This document shows positions 5,905-13,319 of a DNA stretch of 32,000 nt, in pieces. The notes beneath the pieces were generated by a model. That model saw only the letters and a list, made by a program, of their open reading frames with translations, was not told the DNA's origin and did no database searches. The translations under genes and the position numbers were made by a program. Position 1 is the stretch's first letter. Every line of letters begins with the position of its first letter. Source of the DNA: Phycisphaera mikurensis NBRC 102666 (GTDB lineage Bacteria; Planctomycetota; Phycisphaerae; Phycisphaerales; Phycisphaeraceae). The stretch covers positions 3,570,001 through 3,602,000 of the forward strand of contig NC_017080.1 in assembly GCF_000284115.1 (NCBI RefSeq). Reading direction: 5' to 3'.

Positions 5905-8472
5905 ATGCCCATCGCCTCCTCTCTGCTTCGGGGCGCCAGCGCGGCGGCCTTGCTTCTCGTCTCGGCGTCGCTTGGTCCAACCGCCAACGCCGGCGGTGCG
6001 CTGCGCGAGGCGCCGACGGGCGTCCCGGTGCCCTCCGCCGGACCCGGCGCGGCGGCCGGCGCGGTGGATGACGCCGCCGTCGTGCTCGGCAAGGCGGGCG
6101 CCTGGATGCTGCCGGAGGGTGCCGAAGCTTGGGAAACCGTCGCGCTGGATGCCGCCGCCTTCGCCGCGGTCGCGGCCGATGCGGCTTCCGGCACGCTCTA
6201 CCTCGCGGGCGGCATCGCAGGCGGCCGCCCCCACGCCGCGGTGCGTGCCGTCACGCGGGCCGGCGACGCCGTCAGGGAACGCCGCCTGGCGGACCTTCCC
6301 CGCGCCCGCGCGATGGCCGGCGCCGCCGTGGTCCGCGGAGCGCTCTACGTGCTTGGCGGGCTGGACGCGGTGGGCGAGGACGGCACCTCGACGCTGTTCC
6401 GGCTCGACCTCGCCGACGCGGCGGCGGGGTGGGAAACGCTCGCCCCGCTGCCCGGCCCGCCGCTGATCCTCCCGTCGGTGAGCGGCCTGTACGACCAGCT
6501 CAACGTCTTCGGCGGCCTGCAGCGGGACGGCGACGGCGGGTGGGCACCCGTTGCCGCCGCGTGGTGCTTCCGCCGCGTCCCGCTCGACGGCACCGTCCGG
6601 ACCGGCTGGCTCCCGATGACCGACCTGCCCGAGTCGCGCGCCGCCGCGGGCGTCTGGGCCACCGGCCAGGCCCACGCTCTGCTGCTCGGCGGGCTCACCG
6701 GCCCGGTCACGCTCGCCGACCTGCTCGCCGGCGAAGCGTCGCTCCCGCGGAGCCGCGACACCCGGCTCTTCCACGCGATCACCGAGACCTGGCTCCCCGG
6801 CGAGCCGCTGTCCGCGCCGAGCGCGCTCGCCACCGCCCTCCCCCGCGCCGGCCGGACGCTCCTGTTGCCGGGCCTCGGCGGAGCCGGTGCCGGCACCGCC
6901 GCGACGCTCTCCGCGCTCAGCCTGGACGTCACCACCCGCCGGATGGGCGGGCTCGACTACGCGGTGATTCTCGGCTACTTCCTGCTGATGGCCGGCATCG
7001 GCGTGTGGTTCGCCCGCCGGCAGACCAGCAGCGAGGAGTTTGCGCTGGGCGGCCGCAACGTCCGGTGGTGGGCCGCGGGCATCAGCATGTTCGCCACGGG
7101 CGCCAGCTCGATCAGCTTCATGGCGATCCCCGCGCAGACCTTCCGCACCAACCTGGTGTGGTTCGCCCCGCTGGTGGTCTTCATCGTGCCGATGTACCTG
7201 CTGCAGGCCTACGTCATCTACCCGCTGCTGCGCCGCCTGCGGCTGACCTCCACCTACGAGTTTCTGGAGCGCCGCTACAACCCGCCGCTGCGGGTGCTCG
7301 CCAGCCTGCAGTCGATCAGCTTCCAGCTGCTCGGCCGCATGAGCGTGGTGATGCTGCTGCCGGCGCTGGCGATCTCCGCGGTGACCGGCTTGGACGTCAT
7401 GCTCAGCGTCGCGCTGATGGGGCTGCTCACGACGGTCTACACCGCGATCGGCGGCTTCGAGGCGGTGATCTGGACCGACGTCACGCAGGGCCTGCTGATG
7501 ATGTTCGGCTGCGCGTTGATGGCGATCCTCGCGATCGCCAGCCTGCCCGGTGGGGTGGGCGAGTTCGTGTCGACCTCGGTGGCGTTCCAGCGCTTCGACT
7601 TCGCGATCTGGCGGATGGACCTGACGCTGCCGGTGCTGTGGATCGCCGTCCTGTCGATGCTGATGGCCAACCTCGGCTTCGCCGCCGACCAGCCGACGGT
7701 GCAGCGTGTCTACGCGACGCCCCTGCGGGACATGCGGAAGCTGGCGATGACCTACGCGGTGTGCAGCCTCGTGATCGCGGGCCTGGTCAACTTCCTGGGC
7801 GTCGCGATGTTCAGCTGGTTCCACGCCTTTCCCGAGCGTCTGGACCCGACGATGAGCAACGACCAGGTTGTGCCGCTCTTCGTGGTGGAGCGGCTTCCCG
7901 CCGGGGTCGCCGGGCTGATCGTGGCGGCGCTGTTCGCGGCGTCGATGTCGACGCTGAGCAGCAGCATGAACTCGGTCGCGACGCTGGTCAGCGAAGACTT
8001 CTACCGCCGTTTCGTCCCCGGCTCGACCGACGCCGGCCGGCTCCGCCTGATGCGGTGGGCCTCGCTGCTCGCCGGGGCGTTCGGCACCGGCGTCGCCCTC
8101 TACATGGCCCGGATGGACATCACCTCCATGTTCCAGGCGTGGTCGGAGATCACCGCCCTGCTCGGCGGAGGCTTCGTGGGCATCTACATCCTGGGCATGT
8201 TCACCACGAGGACCGGCAGCGCCGGCGCGATCGCCGGAGCGCTCGCCAGCGTCGCCGCCGCGATCTACGTCAAGCAGTACACGCCGCTGCACTGGCTGTA
8301 CTACGGGCCGGCCGCGATCATCGCCTGCGTCGCGGTCGGGTACCTCGTCAGCCTCGTGCTGCCCCGCCGCCCGCGCGACCTCACCGGCCTGACGATCTTC
8401 ACGCCCGCCCGCGAGATCAGCGACGCAGATCTTCCCGACGCCGCCCCCGCGGCCGCCGGCCGGGGCCGCTAG
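5905..8472 (+). CDS. Fusion protein: signal peptide + Kelch/NanM-like beta-propeller domain + sodium:solute symporter (SSS) transporter
   Basis: The track ORF starts at 5734. I prefer ATG 5905 (MPIASSLLRGASAAALLLVSASLGPTANAGG, signal-peptide-like). About 400 aa carry repeated Kelch-type motifs (LYLAGGIAGG, LYVLGGLDAVG...GWETLAPLP, LNVFGGLQRDG, LLLGGLTGP). A multi-TM SSS core follows, starting LDYAVILGYFLLMAGIGVWFARRQTSSEEFALGGRNVRWWAAGISMFATGASSISFMAIP. Confidence 0.8.
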   Translation: MPIASSLLRGASAAALLLVSASLGPTANAGGALREAPTGVPVPSAGPGAAAGAVDDAAVVLGKAGAWMLPEGAEAWETVALDAAAFAAVAADAASGTLYLAGGIAGGRPHAAVRAVTRAGDAVRERRLADLPRARAMAGAAVVRGALYVLGGLDAVGEDGTSTLFRLDLADAAAGWETLAPLPGPPLILPSVSGLYDQLNVFGGLQRDGDGGWAPVAAAWCFRRVPLDGTVRTGWLPMTDLPESRAAAGVWATGQAHALLLGGLTGPVTLADLLAGEASLPRSRDTRLFHAITETWLPGEPLSAPSALATALPRAGRTLLLPGLGGAGAGTAATLSALSLDVTTRRMGGLDYAVILGYFLLMAGIGVWFARRQTSSEEFALGGRNVRWWAAGISMFATGASSISFMAIPAQTFRTNLVWFAPLVVFIVPMYLLQAYVIYPLLRRLRLTSTYEFLERRYNPPLRVLASLQSISFQLLGRMSVVMLLPALAISAVTGLDVMLSVALMGLLTTVYTAIGGFEAVIWTDVTQGLLMMFGCALMAILAIASLPGGVGEFVSTSVAFQRFDFAIWRMDLTLPVLWIAVLSMLMANLGFAADQPTVQRVYATPLRDMRKLAMTYAVCSLVIAGLVNFLGVAMFSWFHAFPERLDPTMSNDQVVPLFVVERLPAGVAGLIVAALFAASMSTLSSSMNSVATLVSEDFYRRFVPGSTDAGRLRLMRWASLLAGAFGTGVALYMARMDITSMFQAWSEITALLGGGFVGIYILGMFTTRTGSAGAIAGALASVAAAIYVKQYTPLHWLYYGPAAIIACVAVGYLVSLVLPRRPRDLTGLTIFTPAREISDADLPDAAPAAAGRGR

Positions 8473-8484
8473 GAATCCGCCGCC

Positions 8485-9504
8485 ATGTCCGTCACCAAGG
8501 TTGCCGAGCTCGCCGGTGTCTCCCGCATGACCGTCTCGCGTGTCATCAACGACGACCCGCGGGTGAAGCCCGAGACCGCCCGCGGCGTGCGGCTTGCCAT
8601 CGCCGAGCTGGGGTACGTGCCGCCGTCGGCCTCGGACGACGGCCGGCGCAGCCGTTCGGGCTCGGTCGCCGGCCGGCACACCGGGCGCATCGCCGTGCTC
8701 ATCCCCGACACCAGCGCCGACGCGATGCGGACGACGCTGACCGGCCGGCTGCTGCACGGCATCGACGGCCCGGTCGGCCGCAACAAGCTGCAGCTCCTGC
8801 TGACGCGGCTCCCGCGCGAGCGTGCGTTGCCGGCCTCGATCGACCGGCGTCAGGTCGACGGCGTGATCGTCCGCGCCTCCGACTCCGCCTGGGTCCGCCG
8901 GGCGCTAAGGAAGATGCCGGTGGTCTGGGTCTTCGACAGCGACACGCTCGACGACGCCTGCGACTGCGTCGACGCGGACGACGAAGCCATCGGCCGCCTC
9001 GCCGCCGAGCACCTGATCGCGGCGGGACACCGCCGCCTCGCCTCCATCAACGAGATCGCCGGGCACGCCTCCTACGCCCGCCGCCTCCGCGCCTTCGCCG
9101 GGCGCGCCCGCGAGGCGGGCATCGAGGCGCGCGCCGCCGAGGTGCCCGGCCGCGACCAGGCCGCCATCGATCGCCGCGTCGCCGGGCTGCTCCGCCAAAA
9201 GCCCCGCGGCGGCGGCACCGACGGCCTGTTCCTGCCCGGCGTCGGCCCGATGGTGGCGTGCGTGCAGCGAGCCGTTCGCGCCGCCGGCCGCGAACCCGGC
9301 GTCGAAGCCGGCCTGATCGGCTGCGGCCACGACCGCCACGTCATCGAGGCGATGCACCCCCAGCCCGCGAACATCGACATCCAAGCCGAAGCGATCGGTG
9401 CCGCCGCCGCGGAGCTGCTGCTCTGGCGGCTGGCCAACCCCGGCGCGCCCGCCCGACGGCGCGTGATCGCGCCGCGGCTGGTCCCCGGCGCGACCCCGGC
9501 CTGA
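8485..9504 (+). CDS. LacI-family transcriptional regulator
   Basis: N-terminal HTH MSVTKVAELAGVSRMTVSRVINDDPRVKPETARGVRLAIAELGYVP followed by a periplasmic-binding-protein-like sugar-binding domain. It starts 12 nt after the transporter stop, so the two are probably co-transcribed. Confidence 0.9.
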   Translation: MSVTKVAELAGVSRMTVSRVINDDPRVKPETARGVRLAIAELGYVPPSASDDGRRSRSGSVAGRHTGRIAVLIPDTSADAMRTTLTGRLLHGIDGPVGRNKLQLLLTRLPRERALPASIDRRQVDGVIVRASDSAWVRRALRKMPVVWVFDSDTLDDACDCVDADDEAIGRLAAEHLIAAGHRRLASINEIAGHASYARRLRAFAGRAREAGIEARAAEVPGRDQAAIDRRVAGLLRQKPRGGGTDGLFLPGVGPMVACVQRAVRAAGREPGVEAGLIGCGHDRHVIEAMHPQPANIDIQAEAIGAAAAELLLWRLANPGAPARRRVIAPRLVPGATPA

Positions 9505-9846
9505 AGGAGCCGCGGACCGTGCCGCCGCCCCCCGCACCGGCCTCACGATCCGCGTCTGCGCCCAAAGCGACGACAGCCCCACCGCGTGCGGAAGGCCCCC
9601 GGGCCGCGGGCCGCGGACTGCCGGCCCGGGCCCGCGGAAACGCCTTCCGTCCGCGGATCCGGCGGCGTCGCCCCGGCCTTCCGGGGTTGCGCCTGCGGGC
9701 GCTCGAGGCCGAAGCGGCAGCGGGCGTGGCGGCCGGCAGGGAGGCCGATGGGACGGGGCCGTGGCCCCCTGAAGCGAGCCGACGCGGCCAGCCGCCGCAC
9801 CCGCCAAGCGACATCCCAACGTTCCCAGGCGCCACCTAGTGCCGCG

Positions 9847-10560
9847 TCACGCCGCGATCCGCGGGTAGAGGCTCAGCAGCTTGATCCGGGCGTCATCGGC
9901 GGTGAACTGCCAGTGCACGCCTCGCTGGCTCTGGTTGCGAGCGGCCGCCCAGGCTCGGGCCTCGCGATCGATCTCCTGGATGGTGTCGATCCGTCGGCCG
10001 AGGCATTGCCTTGAGAGCACACTCAGTTCGCACTCGGCGATGTTCAGCCACGAACCGTGGGCCGGCGTGTGCACCAGCTCGATCCGCTCAGCGATCCGCC
10101 GCGCCTCTGCTGCCTCGAATGCTTCGTACAACGACGCGATCCTGTGGGTGTTCAGGTTGTCGCACACCAGGCGGATCCGCGTCGCTGACTCGTAACGCGG
10201 GGCGTCCACCAACGCCTGGATCTGGTGGGCCCAGTCCGCCGCGGTGCGTCGCCGACTGGTCCGAACGTCCCGCCACCCAGCCAACGGCTCGGTGAACATC
10301 CACAGGTTGCAGGTGCCGTGCCGCACGTACTCGTGGTCCTCGATCCGACGGCCGGTGGAGTCGGTGAAGCGGCGGCGGGTCTCGCCGATGAGCTGCTTGG
10401 GCTGCTCGTCCATGCACACCACCGGCAACGCCGGGTCGTAGGCGAGCGCGTACAGGCACAGCACCGCCTCCATGGCCGCGACGAAGGCCGCGGACTGCTC
10501 CGGCGGGATGCACCACATCTTCTTCTTCCACGGCTTCAGACCGTTTTTTGAAGAGCGCAC
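9847..10560 (-). CDS. IS630-family transposase, DDE catalytic part (orfB; probably expressed as an orfAB fusion by -1 frameshift)
   Basis: NGLKPWKKKMWCIPP, VVCMDEQPKQL, HGTCNLWMF, LVCDNLNTH and TPAHGSWLNIAECELSVL give the IS630/Tc1-mariner-like DDE order (D..D..E). Confidence 0.85.
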   Translation of the reverse strand: MRSSKNGLKPWKKKMWCIPPEQSAAFVAAMEAVLCLYALAYDPALPVVCMDEQPKQLIGETRRRFTDSTGRRIEDHEYVRHGTCNLWMFTEPLAGWRDVRTSRRRTAADWAHQIQALVDAPRYESATRIRLVCDNLNTHRIASLYEAFEAAEARRIAERIELVHTPAHGSWLNIAECELSVLSRQCLGRRIDTIQEIDREARAWAAARNQSQRGVHWQFTADDARIKLLSLYPRIAA

Positions 10561-11000
10561 CGCACCGCTTCGCGGCTGATCGAGTCCACCACCTTCAGCT
10601 CCACCAGCCGGCCGGCCAGGAGGCGGAGGCTCCAGCGATCATGGCCCTCGGGCGGGTCCGAGCAGGCGATCGTCACCAGCTGAGCTTCGCCTACGCCGTC
10701 GAGCTTGCGTTGCATCGCGCGGTCTTGAGGCTTGCGTTCGAGCAACGAGAGCGGACCGTCCTCGACAGCCTTCTTCCGCCAGCCCTCCACAGTGCGGACA
10801 CCCGCGTCGAAAGCCTCGGCGATCTGCTCGTCGGTCCAGGCCGGAGCGCCGGGCGATTCGTCGCACTTGAGCAGGGCTTGCGCCCGCTGGATCTTCCAGC
10901 CGGCAACGCGGCCGCTGCGGACCAGCGTGGTCAGCTGCTCCCGCTCGTCGTCGGTGAGGTGGACGTGGTAGAGCTTCCGATTCTTGAGCTTCGTGGCCAT
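10536..11000 (-). CDS. IS630-family transposase, N-terminal HTH part (orfA)
   Basis: MATKLKNRKLYHVHLTDDEREQLTTLVRSGRVAGWKIQRAQALLKCDE... I prefer ATG at 11000 because AAGGAGG lies 8 nt upstream; the track ORF begins 6 codons earlier, at 11018. It ends ...CALQKTV* across the A6 run. Confidence 0.8.
   Translation of the reverse strand: MATKLKNRKLYHVHLTDDEREQLTTLVRSGRVAGWKIQRAQALLKCDESPGAPAWTDEQIAEAFDAGVRTVEGWRKKAVEDGPLSLLERKPQDRAMQRKLDGVGEAQLVTIACSDPPEGHDRWSLRLLAGRLVELKVVDSISREAVRCALQKTV
10543..10549 (-). promoter_or_regulatory. Putative -1 programmed frameshift (or transcriptional slippage) heptamer A_AAA_AAC joining orfA and orfB
   Basis: The minus strand reads CTT CAA AAA ACG GTC TGA in the orfA frame. 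The -1 frame reads TCA AAA AAC GGT CTG AAG CCG TGG. The fused product ...CALQKNGLKPWKKKMWCIPP restores the contiguous LxKNxLKPW junction seen in single-ORF IS630 transposases. Confidence 0.6.
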
Positions 11001-11081
11001 CCTTGGCCTCCTTTGCATTCGGTGGTGAACACGTGCACGGTGACGCTACACGCCTCACCCGCAGATCGGCGGCAGCCGCGG

Positions 11082-11107
11082 CACTAGCCTCCGGCGTGAC
11101 CGCCTGC
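11082..11107 (+). repeat. Leader plus first four codons of egtD, similar to the egtB start region
   Basis: See 4334..4360. The first 3 nt are the IS630 terminus and the next 2 are the TA duplication. Confidence 0.5.
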
Positions 11108-12082
11108 TCCCCCGCGACCGCCCGCCAGATTGCCCCCGCGGGGAGCGCACTGCTCCGCGATGCGGTGGAGGGGTTGACGGGTCCCGGGCAGAAGACGCTG
11201 CCCTGCAAGCACCTCTACGACGCCCGGGGCGTCGAGCTCTTCGAGCGGATCACCGCGCTGCCGGAGTACTACCCGACCCGGACCGAGCTGGCGATCCTCC
11301 GCGAGAACCTCCCGCGGATCGCGGCGGAGCTGGGGCCGGGGGTCCGCCTGGTGGAGCCCGGTTCGGGCAGCTCCACCAAGACGCGGGAGCTGCTCGCGGC
11401 GCTTGGGGACCCGTCGGAGTACGTGCCCATCGACATCGCGCCCGAGTTCCTCGCCGCCGGCAAGGCATCGCTCGCCCGGGCGCTGCCGGGGCTGCGGGTG
11501 ACGCCGGTGCGGGCCGACTTCACCGCCCCGCTTTCGCTGCCCCCAGCGCCCGGGGGGGCACACCGCACGGTCGTGTTCTTCCCCGGCTCGACGCTGGGCA
11601 ACTTCGGACCGGCGGAAGCGAAACGGCTCGTCGACCACCTCGCGGAGCTCGCCGGCGTCGGCGGCGGCGGCGCGCTGCTGATCGGCCTCGATCGGATCAA
11701 GCCCCCCGCCGAGCTGCTGCCCGCCTACGACGACGACGCCGGGGTGACCGCCGCTTTCAACCTGAACCTGCTGCACCGGCTTAACCGGGAGGCGGGCCGG
11801 ACCGTGCTCGCCCCCGGCTGCTTCCGCCACGAGGCGCGCTGGAACGCCGCGGCGGCGGCCGTGGAGATGCACCTGGTCGCGGAGCATCCGCTCGAAGCCG
11901 AGCTGGGCGGTCGGCCCATCCATTTCGACGCCGGCGAGTCGATCCACACCGAGAGCAGCCACAAGTTCGGCGACGCCGCGATTGGGCGGCTCTTCGCGGG
12001 CTGGCGGGTGCAAGCTTTCGAGGACGCAAGCCGCCGCTTCGGGCTCTATCTCGTGACGGCGGGGCGTTCCGCGGCGTCGTAG
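11096..12082 (+). CDS. egtD: L-histidine N-alpha-methyltransferase EgtD (ergothioneine biosynthesis)
   Basis: LPCKHLYDARGVELFERITALPEYYPTRTELAIL, LVEPGSGSSTKTRELL, YVPIDIA, FFPGSTLGNF and HTESSHKF form the EgtD signature series. The track ORF starts at 11003, inside the IS630 element. I place the start at the in-frame GTG 11096 (MTACSPATARQ...), the first start codon outside the IS; the exact start is uncertain. Confidence 0.85.
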   Translation: MTACSPATARQIAPAGSALLRDAVEGLTGPGQKTLPCKHLYDARGVELFERITALPEYYPTRTELAILRENLPRIAAELGPGVRLVEPGSGSSTKTRELLAALGDPSEYVPIDIAPEFLAAGKASLARALPGLRVTPVRADFTAPLSLPPAPGGAHRTVVFFPGSTLGNFGPAEAKRLVDHLAELAGVGGGGALLIGLDRIKPPAELLPAYDDDAGVTAAFNLNLLHRLNREAGRTVLAPGCFRHEARWNAAAAAVEMHLVAEHPLEAELGGRPIHFDAGESIHTESSHKFGDAAIGRLFAGWRVQAFEDASRRFGLYLVTAGRSAAS

Positions 12083-12091
12083 CTTGGCCGC

Positions 12092-13183
12092 ATGAGCGCC
12101 TACTCCTTCGCCGGCCACAAGATCCCCCCGGGCCGGACGGTCGACCTCCGCCTCCCCATCTCCGAGCGGTACACCGGCGACGCGATCCACCTGCCGGTCC
12201 GCGTGATCCGCGGGAAGAAGCCCGGGCCGAAGGTGTTCGTCACCGCCGCGGTGCACGGCGAGGAGCTCAACGGGATGGGCGTCGTCCACGACCTCATGTA
12301 CGGCGAGCCCCTGGCGCTCGGGCGCGGCACGCTGGCGCTGCTGCCGGTGGTGAACATCTTCGGGGTCGAGACCCAGTCGCGCTACATGCCCGACCGCCGC
12401 GACCTCAACCGGTGCTTCCCGGGCGTGGCCAGCGGGTCGCTGACCAGCCGCGTCGCCCGCACCGTCTTCGACGCCCTGTGCGGCTTCGACTTCGGCATCG
12501 ACCTGCACACCGCGGCGGCCCTGCGGACCAACTTCCCCAACGTCCGCGGCGACTTCAGCCAGGCGCCGATCCGCCGGCTCGCCAGGGCCTTCGGCTGCGA
12601 GCTGATGGTCAACGGCAAGGGACCCGACGGGGCGTTCCGCCGCGAGATGGTCCGGGCGGGCTGCCCGACCGTGGTGGTCGAGGCGGGCGAGCCGCTGAAG
12701 ATCGAGCCCGGCGTGCTGGAGGTCGGGCTGCGGGGCGTGCGGAACGTGCTCAAGGAGCTGGACATGCTCGCTGGCGAGCCGGAGCTGCCCGGCTTCCAGG
12801 TCCGGATCGACAAGACCGCCTGGGTCCGGGCGACGGTCGGGGGGATCCTGCGGTTCCACGTCACCCCGGGCCAGGCGGTCGACGCCGGCCAGCCGATCGC
12901 GACCAACGCGAGCGTCTTCGGCGAGGCGAACAACGTGCTGGAGGCGCCGGTCGATGGCGTGGTGCTGGGCATGACGACGCTGCCGCTGGTCAAGCCCGGG
13001 GAGCCGGTGGTGCACCTGGCGACCCTGTCGGGGCGGCAGCTGTCGCGGCTGCGTCAGTCGCGCCGCGAGGGCGGCGACGACACCGGCAAGAAGGTGCGAC
13101 GCCAGCTCGCGACCAACATCACCGTGGCGGACGTGGACACGGCCGAGCGCGAGGTGAACCCGCCGACGCCCGACGAGGCCTGA
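12092..13183 (+). CDS. Succinylglutamate desuccinylase/aspartoacylase (AstE/AspA, COG3608-type) zinc deacylase family protein
   Basis: 363 aa. PGPKVFVTAAVHGEELNG (HxxE zinc motif), DLNRCFPG and IDLHTA (second His ligand). It starts 9 nt after the egtD stop. Confidence 0.8.
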   Translation: MSAYSFAGHKIPPGRTVDLRLPISERYTGDAIHLPVRVIRGKKPGPKVFVTAAVHGEELNGMGVVHDLMYGEPLALGRGTLALLPVVNIFGVETQSRYMPDRRDLNRCFPGVASGSLTSRVARTVFDALCGFDFGIDLHTAAALRTNFPNVRGDFSQAPIRRLARAFGCELMVNGKGPDGAFRREMVRAGCPTVVVEAGEPLKIEPGVLEVGLRGVRNVLKELDMLAGEPELPGFQVRIDKTAWVRATVGGILRFHVTPGQAVDAGQPIATNASVFGEANNVLEAPVDGVVLGMTTLPLVKPGEPVVHLATLSGRQLSRLRQSRREGGDDTGKKVRRQLATNITVADVDTAEREVNPPTPDEA

Positions 13184-13266
13184 AGCCCGGGTCGCCGGAC
13201 GGAGCGAGCGGGCCTGTTCAGCGTCCCACGCCGCGGCCTGCCGAAGCTCCCCGCGCCGCGCAGCAC

Positions 13267-13296
13267 GACGCCCGCGGCTGCCAAGCCGCGGGCGTC
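13267..13296. terminator. Perfect 13-bp stem / 4-nt loop hairpin between convergent genes (candidate bidirectional terminator; no U-tract)
   Basis: GACGCCCGCGGCT-GCCA-AGCCGCGGGCGTC lies between the deacylase stop (13183) and the PEP-CTERM gene stop (13320). There is no flanking T-run, so a terminator function is inferred from position only. Confidence 0.4.
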
Positions 13297-13319
13297 GAGG
13301 AGGGTGCGGGTCCGCGGGC

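Larger units (their letters stand above)
9839..11084 (-). mobile_element. IS630-family insertion sequence (1246 bp) flanked by a TA target duplication
   Basis: TA at 9837..9838 and at 11085..11086. The termini GTGCCGCG (9839..9846) and CGCGGCAC (11077..11084) are perfect inverted 8-mers, extending to about 25/33 matches with one gap (shared CCGATC.GCGGGT.GAGG). Two overlapping transposase ORFs lie inside, and the transposase stop is 8 nt from the left end. Confidence 0.8.

Noticed and set aside
9505-9838. A 334-bp gap between the LacI gene and IS630 containing several track ORFs (9341..9835 minus, 9543..9800 minus, 9586..10014 plus).
   Set aside because: All candidate translations are Arg/Pro/Gly-rich with no motifs, and one runs into the IS. 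I treat the gap as non-coding, possibly the displaced upstream region of egtD. It has many short GC palindromes but none stands out beyond chance.
5863-9839. Very long ORFs overlapping the transporter and LacI genes (5863..8757 minus, 964 aa; 6129..9839 plus, 1236 aa). Analogous giants occur elsewhere (31..2202, 11084..13015, 13054..15468, 17140..19857 upstream part, 22266..25667, 22339..25260, 28431..31097).
   Set aside because: Their translations are monotonous Arg/Ala/Gly/Pro/His-rich strings without recognisable motifs, and they overlap frames that encode clearly recognisable proteins (SSS transporter, LacI, ClpB and others). In DNA this GC-rich, stop codons are rare in non-coding frames, so ORF length is not evidence of coding.
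11003-11095. An N-terminal extension of egtD (track ORF starts at TTG 11003) that reads in frame out of the IS630 end, suggesting an IS-EgtD fusion protein.
   Set aside because: The extension (MASFAFGGEHVHGDATRLTRRSAAAAALASG) is antisense to the IS630 orfA start/5' region and shows no similarity to EgtD N-termini. An in-frame GTG just outside the IS gives an N-terminus of normal length. The open frame is most simply a GC artefact, although translation from within the IS cannot be excluded.
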